Shown piece after piece: positions 1 through 18,440 of a DNA stretch of 64,000 nucleotides. The stretch comes from Paraspadella gotoi (taxonomy: Eukaryota > Animalia > Chaetognatha). Numbering within the stretch: the stretch's first letter is position 1; each line of letters starts with the position of its first letter. Under the pieces are notes generated by a model that ran no database searches, was not told the origin of the DNA, and was given only the letters and a program-made list of their open reading frames with translations. The translations under genes were made by a program, and so were the position numbers. Where the stretch lies: assembly GCA_051294375.1 (NCBI GenBank), contig CM119269.1, positions 7,871,225-7,935,224 on the forward strand. The letters are read 5' to 3'.

Positions 1-115
1 TACTTTTTATTAAATTTATACTAGTAATAGTAAAAAATAATAAATATATTAATGAAAATAATGATTATTAATTAATTAATTGTCAATCAAATGAAGTACA
101 TTACAAAAAAAAATA

Positions 116-118
<3 letters not shown>

Positions 119-166
<48 letters not shown>

Positions 167-185
167 CTCTTCCCTCTCTCTCTCT
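119..185. repeat. (CT)n microsatellite
   Basis: Near-perfect CT dinucleotide run. Confidence 0.95.
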
Positions 186-467
186 AGCGACGCGAAGTCC
201 ACGGAAAGACAAACGAGCGAAAACCGGGAAATCCCCTTGACGCGTCATCGTTGGACGGTCCACTCTCAGAGAGAGATAGAGAGGGAGGGAGACAGATATA
301 GAGAGGGAGTAACGGCGGAGCTCGTGTTCCGTCTAATGAGAATATAAATTGGTAATATAGCGAAAAGAGAAAAAAATTTCGTAGCAGAAGAGACGAGTGG
401 ATTAAAGTTTAATTCATTTTCCCTGCTTTGTTTGCGTTCATTTTTAATGCATGCGCTTCGAAATTGT

Positions 468-585
<118 letters not shown>

Positions 586-615
586 AGAGAGAGGAGAGAA
601 AGGAGTGAAAGCCTC

Positions 616-628
616 GTTGCCAAGCAAC
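616..628. promoter_or_regulatory. RFX X-box-like palindrome
   Basis: GTTGCCAAGCAAC matches the RFX X-box pattern (GTTGCC-n-RGCAAC); target gene not visible. Confidence 0.35.
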
Positions 629-1387
629 CGTTGGCGCAGTTAATTCTTTATGTTTTTAATGTATGTATGAGTTGGAGAGTGGAGATAAAAAGGTCGGGCC
701 AATCGAGGGGGGGGAGGATGCGCAGACAGAGCGGAGAGTTGAGACTTGAGGGAATGAAACAAAACAGCGGGAAGAAAAAAAAAAAGAAACAGTGAGAAAA
801 AACATTATTTTTCTGAAGGGAAGAAAAAACTTTTTAAGAAATTAGAGCGAATTGGCGAATGCGGTTTTTCCATACGGAATTTCCGGTTAAGAATAGCGTC
901 GTTGACTGCGAGCTGTGAGGGCATCTGCGATTCTGATTGGTCAACGGACTTTCCAATCAAGACGTCGGTAATTAGCTGGATCACAATATTAGTTAATGTA
1001 AATAGAAAAGAAAATCGAAAAAAATATAGAAACAGTCAAAGATATAAAAAAAAATGAAGGAAAGAAAGAAAGAAAAAAGGAAAAAATAAATTTTTTTAAA
1101 AAAATATGAATTTTTGAAGGAAATAAAAAAAAATTGGTAAAGACATTTTCTTTTGCAGTGAATAAAATACCTTAAATTCTAAACTAAGAAGAATTATTCC
1201 GAAAATAGCAACAGAAGTACACAACGAAAAAAAGGTTGAAAAAAAAAAGTAAGAAAAAAGAAAGAAAAAAGGCTAAAAAAAAAAGAAAAGAAAAAAGTGG
1301 ATTATTTGGGCTGAAAATGTCGACTTCACCTGCGACTCGAAATCGGATCAAAGACTTTCGATCGCTGAGTGACGACACTGAGAAACG

Positions 1388-1850
1388 GAGGATCATCCGG
1401 AGGATCATCTAAAGGAGGATCATCTGGATGATAATCACAAGGAGGATCATCCGGATGATAATCTAAAGGAGGATCATCTGGATTATCATCAAAAGGAGGA
1501 TCATCTGGATGATCATCTAAAGGAGGTTCATCTGGATGATCATCTAAAGGAGGATCATCTGGATGATCATCTAAAGGAGGTTTATCTGGATGATCATCTA
1601 AAGGAGGATCATCTGGATGATAATCTAAAGGAGGATCATCTGGATGATCATCTAAAGGAGGATCATCTGGATGATCATCTAAAGGAGGCTCATCTGGATG
1701 ATCATCTAAAGTAGGATCATCTAGATGATCATCTAAAGGAGAATCATCTGGATGATTATCTAAAGGAGGATCATCTGGATGATCATCTAAAGGAGAATCA
1801 TCTGGGTTATCATCTAAATCATCCAGATCATCTGAATCACCCGGATCATC
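1388..1850. repeat. 27-bp tandem minisatellite, 15 full copies plus partial flanks
   Basis: Unit AAGGAGGATCATCTGGATGATCATCTA starts every 27 bp from 1412 to 1790 with no indels. Confidence 0.95.
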
Positions 1851-1980
1851 TTACTGATGAAGGAGATGACCCGAGCATCTAGGATGTCTTGTTTCTGTGA
1901 TCCATACCTCAAATTACCTCATCGTGCCTTTAGAATGAGAGTCTTAGCCTATTTGAGCTCTCTCTTTCTCTCTCTCTCTC

Positions 1981-1990
1981 NNNNNNNNNN
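1981..1990. other. assembly gap (10 N) inside a CT microsatellite
   Basis: Run of N. Confidence 1.
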
Positions 1991-2924
1991 TCTCTCTCTC
2001 TCTCTCTCAGTCTGATAAGAATATATTTTTTTGTAATTGCCCATTCCTGGATGATTCCTTATTTTCTATCTGTTCGATACATACAAAAACTTTTATAAAA
2101 CAAAATTTTATACTATTTTCCGAGCTGTTTAAATGAACATTAAATCGACATTCAAATCATAATACATATAATCATGTAGATAATTTTATGAAAAATTAAA
2201 TCGGATTAATGCTTGTAAACTCGGAAGCTAAAAAAAAAACATTTATACAAGAAATATTTTTGATAGAATCTTATTTGTCCCCGAGGACGCGAATCTGACC
2301 AAACGGCCTTCGATTGGACGGAGAAGCGAATTGCGACCGCCTGATTGGTTTATTGCCTTCTTGAGGCTTCGCTTCTCTCGGGAGCAAATCGGGTTTTTTT
2401 TTCTGTTGAACTTTGACCTGAGATACTCGTCGTCATGGTAGTATTTTATGAATAGACGTCCATCCGGATTTGAAACTTTTAACTCAACACATCAGCACTA
2501 TAATAAAAATTAACAATCCCAGGAATTTTAACTGTGTAAAATGATTACATTCAACAAACAGCTTAGATCTTCAGCATTGTAGTTATTTCCTTATGATTTC
2601 CTGTTTCTATGCAAAAATAAACTGGCGTAGTTCACTTTTTACCGTGATACGTAAAACTTTCATTTTTTCACCGTTTCTTTCTTTCTTTTATTAACTTTGT
2701 TTATAACCTTTAACTTTGCTTTTAACTTTTAACTTTTAATTATGCTTTCAATGTTTTCAAATTTTGTCTCGACGCCTCCTCCTCCATTTCCACTTCCTCC
2801 TCCTCCTGCTCTTCCTCGTCTTTTTTTTTCTTTTTTCTTTCCTTCATTTTTTTTCGAACTCATAATTCACTTGACGATAGCACGTTTTTCCGAAACAAAT
2901 TTTCATTTCCTAAAAACATGTTCC

Positions 2925-3035
2925 TTAATCCCTAAACTAAATTGTAACCTTAATTTGAATCTATTACCAAACCCCAAACCCCTAACCCTAATCACTAACT
3001 TAATCCCCAAACCTGATCCCTGACCCTAACCTAAG
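2925..3035. repeat. degenerate (CCCTAA)n-like tract
   Basis: Multiple cctaa/ccctaac/cccaaa hexamer variants. Confidence 0.5.
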
Positions 3036-3179
3036 AAACTAACATACGAAATAAAGTAAATTGAAAAAATAAGGCCCCTACTTTAATTTCCACTCACAGA
3101 CATAGATCACCACTGTATCTTTTTTTTTTCTTCAAATCTCCGCATCAAGTAAGAAATGTTTGCATCTTAGTCCGCGATC

Positions 3180-3192
3180 GTTGCTAGGAGAC
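3180..3192. promoter_or_regulatory. RFX X-box-like motif
   Basis: GTTGCTAGGAGAC (reverse GTCTCCTAGCAAC) in a CpG-rich patch. Confidence 0.3.
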
Positions 3193-3409
3193 GACGCGGA
3201 GGAATGAAATGGGTCGAAGGCAAACCGTTGCCAAGTGGATGCCAACAGACTCCTAAGCCCATGAGCCCATGAGTCGGTTCTAGCCATCCGGTTCAATCAC
3301 CGAAAAGGGAAGACGGACGGAGAGACAGACCGACTGTTGTACAGTTGGATATCGACTTTTCGTGAAATAAGGAAGGAGTGAAGATCATTAATAATAATAT
3401 TTAAAAGAG

Positions 3410-3411
3410 AA

Positions 3412-3495
<84 letters not shown>

Positions 3496-3586
3496 AAATA
3501 ATAAATAAATAAATCAATAAATCAATAAATCATTAAATCAATCAGTAAATAAAAGAGAGTTGAATATGTAAAATGCCCAAGAAAAG

Positions 3587-3618
<32 letters not shown>

Positions 3619-3724
3619 AGAGAAAAAGGGAGAGAGAGAGAGAGATAGACATAGAAAGAAAAAAAAATATATATAGAGACAGAGAGAATTAGAGAGTGAT
3701 AAAAAGAAAGAGAGAGAGAGGGAA

Positions 3725-3810
<86 letters not shown>

Positions 3811-3830
3811 AGAGAGAGAGACAGAAAGAC
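3410..3830. repeat. (AAAT)n followed by compound (GA)n microsatellites
   Basis: AAAT run ~3410-3530; GA runs ~3585-3820. Confidence 0.93.
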
Positions 3831-4410
3831 AAAAGTCTCGTTACCCCGACCAAAATATACCCGGCGCGTCGGGTATTTCGATGCTGACGATAAAAATAAT
3901 TGTGTCCGCAATTTTATCGATGCGCTTTTAATAAAAGGGACCGAGAATGATCGCTAAGTTATTACTTATATACTAAAAATAATATTTGATGTTAAAAGTA
4001 AAATATTGATTTTAAACCTGAAGCAGTGAATAATTTCGAGATGTGAGATTTGAGATGTGTGAGGGATGTGGGAAGGACGTGAGGAAGATGTGCGATGTGG
4101 GGCGAAGCAGAAGGGAGGAAAGGTGAGACAAAAAAGTGGGTGATAGGAAGAATCTCTCGATCACCAGTGAAGCTAAAAAACTCACCAACTGGTTGGAACC
4201 AGTTCATGGCAAACGAACACTCCCGCCATTTTCAGTCAATAAAAGCCGTGGAGACGATCCAGTCACGCTGATGGCAAGGGAAAGCAATGGAAGCAATTGG
4301 GGAAACATGGAATCGAAACTCGGTCGACATATATTCGGAGTCAGGGTGACCGCCAGTTGTGAAGCGTTTTAATGAAAAGATTTAAGTGAAGTGATGAAGG
4401 GATAATTTTT

Positions 4411-4982
4411 GAATGAAAATGAGATGAAGTGATGAATTATGAATGATCATAGGATTAAGTGATGCATGATAAATGAAAATAAAATGAATCGACAAGTGAG
4501 GAATGATAAAAATAGATAAAATGATAAATCGTGAATGAAAATGAGATGAAGTGATGAATTATGAATGATCATAGGACTAAGTGATGCATGATAAATGAAA
4601 ATAAAATGAATCGACAAGTGAGGAATGATAAAAATAAGATAAAATGATAAAATCGTGAATGAAAATGAGATGAAGTGATGAATTATGAATGATCATAGGA
4701 TTAAGTGATGCATGATAAATGAAAATAAAATGAATCAACAAGTGAGGAATGATAAAAATAAGATAAAATGATAAATCGTGAATGAATATGAGATGAAGTT
4801 ATGAATTATGAATGATCATAGGATTAAGTAATGCATGATAAATGAAAATAAGATGAATCGACAAGTGAGGAATGATAAAAATAAGATAAAATGATAAATC
4901 GTGAATGAAAATGAGATGAAGTGATGAATTATGAATGATCATAGGATTAAGTGATGCATGATAAATGAAAATAAGATGAAAT
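4411..4982. repeat. ~123-bp tandem repeat, ~4.7 copies
   Basis: Unit beginning GAATGAAAATGAGATGAAGTGATGAATTATG recurs at 4411, 4533, 4657, 4780 and 4903. Confidence 0.95.
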
Positions 4983-6630
4983 GTTGAATAATGATTGAGA
5001 ATTGAAAAATTGAAACCTAAGGAACTTTAGGCGCCAGATAAGGAGAAGCATGAGGAGGAGGAGGAGGAGGAGGAGGAGGCTGACGTGGCAACTCTCCTCT
5101 TGCACGATCATTAAATAAGAAATTCCAAGGATAACCTATTTCTACTATTACAACTACCGATTTTTAGCCAAGTTTAAAAACATAAATTCCCTATTACTCG
5201 AGGTTTATTCAACTTCTGCGAAGCAAAACAATCATGAGTAATTCTCGAAAATAAATTTACAGAGATAATTTTGTATTATTTCCTTTTTTCCTTCTTTTGT
5301 TTTCATTTTCTCCGCTTTCTCGAGCGATTCTTCTTACTCTTTCTTTTTTTCTTTTTTTTTTTGGCAGCTGTAGTCGATAAAATCCCATTTCCCCGCCACG
5401 AAAAAAAAAAAATAAATAAATTTCAATTTTTTTGGTAAAAGCTTTTATAGTCGAATTTTTTTTAAACAAAAACACTCATACTACTGTGAAATAATAACGT
5501 GTAATCTCTAACTTAAAGAATCACTTTTAATATTTGGTAATTTACTACGCGGAATGTTTGGCTTTCAGTGGTAATTACCACCTGTGAAGTCTGGAGGGAC
5601 TCTTTATATTTTGACCACCTGATACTGGAAGCCGTGACCAAAAACTGACTGTGAAATAATCCTTTTCACAATTTTAGCGATTCAAACGGAAAGAAATGCG
5701 AGCAGTGATTGAAAGGCGACTGGCAGTTACCTTTTCGAAAGAAGTAGGTCATCTGATCACCCAACTCAAACAGGGCGTTAGGAGGGTTGGGCCAAAGTTA
5801 AGATAAAAAGAATCGATAGGGGGCTGTTTAGTGTTTACTGTCTACTAAATTGGAATGAAGATACTATGCGGTCAATAATTATAATTGTCGTGCCCCTTAA
5901 TGTTATTACGATGAAATCAAATTACTTTTAAAAATTTGAATGTCATAACAAATTAAATTAAGTATTGAAATTTATATATTTTTTATTTTACGGGAAGCTT
6001 GTGTGAATGGCTGTAAAACACCTTGGGGGTCTCAAATATTGTTCCAAGCCCAGAAGCCGTTCCATTGCGGGTTTCGCAAAGAAATTACAGTTAGGAGTCC
6101 TCGGGCCTCTTTCGGACCTTTTCTGTCCACGACCAATTGAATGTAAAAAAACAATTATAAAAGTTTTAACAATTTGACTAAATTTGAGTCTGCGACTAAG
6201 GGCAATAGAGAAATTAAGTTGAGGAGATTAGCAAAGATTAGCAAAAGATGACAAAGATTCAATTGCGTTCAATTGTCGAAAAACAATCGTTGACTGACGT
6301 CACAGGGAAAGACGAAATAGAGATTCGTGATTATGAGGTCGTGAATTCGGGACATACCGAGAGGTAGAAGATTAGGATTTGGAGTTGGCGTTGACGTATT
6401 ACGCGATTGGCTCTCGTGAGTTTAGTGAAAGATAAAAAAAAATTAAGAAAAAAAAACCTCGCAGACGAAAATAATATTGTGGTGAAGAAGAATCTCCAGA
6501 GCAACGACTCCTCAAGAAGATAAATTACGATGAGCGATGGAGAAAGGGAATGGAGTGGTCTCTGGTCACTGGTCACAGGTCACTCTGGTCATTCCGAAAA
6601 TGGCGAAGAACGATGGGACAAAAAAAAAAA

Positions 6631-6655
6631 NNNNNNNNNNNNNNNNNNNNNNNNN
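6631..6655. other. assembly gap (25 N)
   Basis: Run of 25 N, abutting the left arm of the giant palindrome. Confidence 1.
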
Positions 6656-12476
<5,821 letters not shown>

Positions 12477-12736
12477 TCGTCGTGGTCTTTGCCCATCGTC
12501 GTCATGATACCTCATGTCGCGTCAAGATTGGATTTCACAATCATTTAATAAGATTAAATGACTTCAAGTAGAACGAGATGTTATTTAGGTAATGTAACGA
12601 CTTGAGGATATAAACTTATTAGTAACGAATAAGTTACTATCCTTTGTCTCACCTTTCACTCACCAAGCAGAAGATTCGAAATTTACTCAAAAAGGGGATT
12701 CGAGCTATCGGCTTTTACGTACTCTTCCTCGGGTTC

Positions 12737-13045
<309 letters not shown>

Positions 13046-13373
13046 GTTGGTTCTCTAGATGCTCGGCTTTAAAAATCTAATCGCAAAAGAGCCCAGGGGT
13101 CAATTTTGTCTTTGTTTTCTTTCTCTCAAATCCAAGACCAAGAGGAAAACAAAATTGGGTCCAAGTTTCTTATGAAAAAAGACAAAATTCAATTGATCAA
13201 TTAGATAAGCTAATTAGAAATTGCCTAATACACTTACTTCATCATGTTCAACATAACAACCCCTGGACAAACAAGAGACTTAGTTTCAACTAAAAAAAAA
13301 AAAACTCATCAAACACAAATGAAACCTGGAAAAAAATAAATAAAACGCCCTACTGCTGTTTAAACTTTCCAAA

Positions 13374-13457
13374 ATGGTAGGATTTTTATGAATACTAACA
13401 AGTTTTCGTGTTATTTTTTTTTATTTTTATGTTATTTTTATGTTATTATTATTATTA

Positions 13458-13489
<32 letters not shown>

Positions 13490-16400
13490 TTTATGTTATT
13501 TTTATGTTATTTTTTTCTCGCAGTCTGAATCGAACCGAGGAGGACAGCGGCTGAACTACAACACTTACGCCACCAAAAAGACCGTGAGTATAAAAATAAT
13601 GAATGCTAACGAAGAGAAGAGAATTTTTAACAGAGAACTATCAATCGCAGATCGGGCTGGGGTTGCTGGACTTGTCCATCATGATGAACAACGCGGTGAT
13701 GCTGAAGAACATGCTGCAACGCCCCCACAACATCAGAAAGGGAGAGGAAAAGTAGGTCGCGTGATGGAGAGATGGGAAGATGAGAGAGAAGTGATAGAAT
13801 GTAAGTGTTATGACAAGTGAGCGATAAGTGATGAGGCGGGTTGTGAAGAGAAGAAAAAAGTGTAGTGAAGGAAATGAGTGATGACTGTGGATAAATGTTG
13901 ATGAGAAAAAAAAAGGGAGGGCGAGGAGAAGGTGAGGTGGATGTGATTCGAACTCCGAATTTTTTTTGGACTCTAGATTTTACCTTCCGCTTCTGGTGAT
14001 GGTCGTGTCTTCGCTAGGGTTCCAATTGATTCTCGGAATTTTGCTCGCTTGGTTGGGAAGGACGGACATCAAGGACAAAGGTGAGGCAAATCAACTCATC
14101 TATCTGAATTCTGTCACGATAAAACCGTTCAATAAGAGCAATCCCTGAGCTTCAGATCAGGCTGTAACACCATTTTACAGGCGGGCTAAGCGGCCCGTCC
14201 CTCTTAACTGCTAGGCGACCACAGGGATAGAACCCCGGACCTTTGAGTTGGGAGGAGAATGACTTGGCTCCTGCACCAATGGACACTGATGAACGGTTGG
14301 TGGATTTTAGTCCACCATAAAACTATATTTAATACATAAAGAATCAATTTTCAGCTTTACATATATATGCGATTTTATTCGAATACAACGAGGTTGATTC
14401 AGTACAATCATCATCAACAAACAAACAAACAAATATATGTTTTTCTGAGTTTTGATCAACTTTATGAAAGAATTTTTTAAAAAATATTTGTATTTTAATT
14501 GTAACTTTTCATGACGAATCCAAATCTGAAAAAAAAACATTTTGACATTTTAACAATTATAGGGTTAGTACTATATATAAACAGGGTCTTGTGCGTAAAT
14601 TGCAAAATTTCTAATAACTTTTTTATACATTAATGTTCATAAGTACAATTTTGTTCATTCCTCACTTTTAGAATTTTAGTTTTAGAATTAAAGGTAAATT
14701 TAGAATTTTTACTACGCTTCAATGTTCAAATTCAATTGTTCATTAGCTTTCAAAACTTCGAACTTCATTTTGATTTCGATTTAACGTCGCCGACCTAACA
14801 AAAGGGGGGGAAAAACTTTTTGATACTACGTTAAATTAAATTGTAAGTATAAAAACTTTATTTAAAAACGAATGCAACTCGTCCACCTACTTTGAGCTCT
14901 CTCTTTCCCGATTGATGTTTGACTATCTCGTATCCGTGATATTTCCGCGCATCTTTTCGCGAGCGTCGTCAGCCGTCGTCGTCAACGAAAGATTCTGCCG
15001 TAAATTTGGATATCGTTTTTCATTCACTTCCCTCGCAGAGTTTTCGAATTGGAGCTGCTCCTGTTGCTGTTGTTGCTTTTGCTGCTCGGGTCCATTGTTA
15101 AATTGATAATGTAAGCTGACAACAAAGAGAAAGAAGACAAAGAAAACAACAAATGGCGCGAAGCGGATTTTGAAATTCATTGGAGCGACGACGATTGTTA
15201 TCCTGGAATTCGGGGGGGGGGACAGATGATTAAGATTGGTAGAGTATGAATTGATAATGCGTCAGGGTTATACTCTAGCCAAAATTCGTTTTACTTTCGT
15301 TCGTTTTTAATTTTGAGAATCTTCTGGGTCAGAGGAGTTTGTTCTTTTGTCCCACAGGCCATAGTGGAGAATAAGTTTTAAAATAACGAATATATAATTA
15401 TATATATATATATATATATTATATAGATATATTGGTTTAATAAATTTCATTCTTTTCACTTTAAATTTAAAATGTGTGGTCCAGTCGTATTTAAAACAAG
15501 TTGAAGATTTGAAAAAAAAGAAAACAAAAACAAAAAACTGGCTCTGAAAACTAAAATCCGATCTAAATATAGAGAATATGTGTAAGAGAGGAAGAAGAAA
15601 AAAAGAAGAGAGAGAAGGAGAGAGTGACCAAACTGGATTTGCTGAAAATTTTAGCGCCTAATTCATTCGAGCACATCCAATAACGTTATTGAAGTGAAGC
15701 CGCTGCGGCGCAGTGGCTAATGTTCTTTACTACTTATCATTATTACTTATCTTATAAAAGGGATGGTGACCTTAACCCACCATTGCCTGTCTAAAGTGAG
15801 GGGCAAGATAGCTTGTTCACTAAAAAATGAATAACTTTTAATGTTGGTTTCATGAATTTCATACATATTTACGTAGTCTTGATACAGAGTCAGCCATCCC
15901 TCCGGATATCCAGTAAATTTTTTTTCCATTTTTATTTTTAATCTATTACAAGGAATGCAAAATATCAGAAGAAAAAAAATAATCTATTTATTTATTAGAT
16001 TTTTTTACGTACAGCTTTGCGGTAGAGCACTTCATTTAAAAAAATAACTACTCCTAAACGGATGGCCAAATTTTAATAAAATTTATGCCAAACTCATCAT
16101 CTTTTAATAAACTTTAATTTATTTTAAATTTTTTTTCAAAATTCAAATATATAGGGTGATTTTTAAGTGGCGCGATTTTGATGATTGGAGGGCGTTGCAG
16201 GCGTTAAAAAATGTTTCGTTCCAATAGTTACCTTATTCTGAAACACAGGGACTTCGGATAGCAATACATCAAGCACCATCTCCGTCAGCAGTATGCCTCT
16301 CCTACCTATCCTTGTGAACAAAAGACGCGCCTATATTTGCTTCCCGCGAAGTCCTGCAGGCAGATTAGTTGAAAATATTTAGCATTTTCCACTTCAAATG

Positions 16401-16863
16401 AACAACTGTAGATGTTTAAACATGAGATAGAGTTTCACGACTAAGTTTTGAAGCTCGCATGACAAATATACATGCGTCGAAAAACAATGATTTATTCTGC
16501 AGAGATAAATTATGACTTCCTAACAAAATGCGATTCTTGGCAACTGATATTTTTGATTAATGATTATGAAATGGACGCGTAAGGTAATACAACTTTGGTG
16601 AGAAAGTGTTGGTTCAGGTGAACGTACGAGCAAGATCGAGCCGGAGCGAATTAACGAAATGGCACCGAATCCACTCAGAATCTCCCCCCCCCCTATTTCC
16701 CCAATTTCCAGATCAACAACGCGGCGCGAATATCGGGAACAACGTGGCGTCCATCCTCGCCGCCGTCATCGTTATGCTCAACGTCGCCATCGCCGCCTTC
16801 GAGATGGGCGAATTCTCTGACCCCGACGCTGTCGGCGCAACCGACGGAGACCTCCGGCATTGA
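13374..16863 (+). CDS. NINJ: Ninjurin family membrane protein; exons 13374-13376, 13524-13583, 13651-13751, 13977-14080, 16712-16863
   Basis: Spliced product M-SESNRGGQRLNYNTYATKKT-IGLGLLDLSIMMNNAVMLKNML...FYLPLLVMVVSSLGFQLILGILLAW...DQQRGANIGNNVASILAAVIVMLNVAIAAF matches the ninjurin YATKK/LLD/NA and two-TM pattern. All introns are GT-AG with consistent phases. Confidence 0.92.
14150..14282 (-). mobile_element. tRNA-derived SINE-like element in ninjurin intron
   Basis: Minus strand has A-box-like TGGTGCAGGAG and B-box GGTTCTATCCC (14224-14234); similar to the element at 42955. Confidence 0.5.
14340..14720. mobile_element. family A MITE-like repeat copy
   Basis: Shares CGAATCCAAATCTG, TATAGGGTTAGTA, TAATGTTCAT.AGTACAA and TTTTTACTACGCT with 60007-60424 and 11700-11930. 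Confidence 0.6.
14923..15180 (-). CDS. candidate small nested antisense ORF (85 aa, N-terminal hydrophobic segment)
   Basis: MNFKIRFAPFVVFFVFFLFVVSLHYQF then a Q-rich stretch; acceptor-like TTCCAG ~22 nt upstream of the ATG; no homology recognised. Confidence 0.35.
   Translation of the reverse strand: MNFKIRFAPFVVFFVFFLFVVSLHYQFNNGPEQQKQQQQQEQLQFENSAREVNEKRYPNLRQNLSLTTTADDAREKMRGNITDTR
15751..15863. mobile_element. family B dispersed repeat (diverged copy)
   Basis: CTTAACCCACCATTGCCTGTCTAAAGTGAGGGGCAAGATAGCTT resembles 55810-55915. Confidence 0.6.
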
Positions 16864-18440
16864 AGAACCGGCGCTCGATGACGGACGAGGCAAAAACCCA
16901 TCCCCCCCTATATTTTAGTTGCACGGCTTATTTTCGCGGAAGATTTCCTGAAATCGCGACTTTTTTTTTTAATGGTTACGGTTTTCAAATTCCGCACTGG
17001 CTCCTTTGCTGCCTTGAGTATTCGGGAATATATATTTTTCAGCGGTGTAATTACAATTTGTTTTTATTTTATTGTCATTTCGTAAGAAATCGCGTAACTT
17101 GACTAAAAATATAGTTTGACCTCGACATTTCCGTTAATTATTATTGTAATAAATCTTTACAAAAATAGGAAAATGAAAAACTACCATTCGTACAAATACT
17201 TTTGACGTGATACTTTTTTTGTAAATCCTCGAAGATAAAAAGTCAAATAAGATGTTAAGATAGGGCCAATCATTGTCAATGGGGTGGGTCATTATGAAAC
17301 TTCATACATTTCTGAGAAAACTTTCAAGGGACCAAATTTTTCTAAAATAGCTAGAAGCACTAGTAATTAATTTTTTTAATAGATAGGAAAAGTCAAAAAT
17401 ATTTTTTGGGAATTTTTGATCATTAAAAGCAGATTCAGATAGCTTATGAAAAGTTGTCTTTGATGATAAGTGAGTCAAAATTAGGATAGATTTGTTTCAT
17501 GCTGTTCCCATTAAAATTATTGAATTAAATTTGGTCAATATTTTTAGTTTATTTCCCCTATTTTTTAGCCAAAGATTACAACAATACATAAATGTCTCAT
17601 ATCAGACATCTATAAAAATTGAAAAAGGTTTTGAACAAAATCTTGTTGAAAGTAACCTAGGCCTAGTGCTTTTGAGAATTTTCTGCCTGAACTACGAGCC
17701 GAATACAAGAAAATAAAAGAAAACTTTTTTTTCTCTTAACAAGCGAGATAAGTTTACTTCAATTCGCATAACATCGCACTGTACAAATTCGACAACTGGA
17801 AAGGTTCTACATACTATAAAGCGAATACCAAAGTACGCAATATCCGGGACTAGCTCTTTCTCTTGCTCCATTCTCTGACAGACACACAAACACACACACT
17901 CTCTCTCTCTGTCGAGGGCCCGCCTCGAGCGAAGCCTGCCTCGCTGGCATGGACGGAAGCCTTTTTATATCGATGGTCTCTGCTCCTCCATGGGGTCGTG
18001 GTAAATGGAATTGGGAGGAAGGGAAAGCATTTGGCTGGAGCGTTGGGATTTAGAACCGGGGATAGGAGGAAGGAAGAATAGAGTGGATATGAAAAACCAA
18101 TTAACCACGCGACTGTGTCTACTTCTTTTAAGCCGAAAAGACTCCTAAAACTCCCTTCGACCCCCCAAAAGCCTTTTTTTTCTAGCGTGAAAGAATATTG
18201 ATTGTCGATGACTTCATGAGAATTGCACTGGGCATGATTGCGACGAAAGGGAACATGACTAAAAAAAATCTGGTCTATTCGGGGAGGGACGTGGAAAGAA
18301 GAAGGGGAGGGGGGGGGGAGAGGAGATGGGGGGGGGTTTGGAAGCGCCGTTAAATTAGATAGCGTGAGTCGACCGAGTCGTATGAAAAAAGAACATAACC
18401 GATAACGAAACTACAAATGCGAAATTCTTCTCTCTTTTTT

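Noticed and set aside
2925-3035. True telomere
   Set aside because: Short, highly degenerate and internal.
1388-4982. 27-bp and 123-bp arrays as CRISPR
   Set aside because: Head-to-tail repeats with no unique spacers, no cas genes, eukaryotic context.
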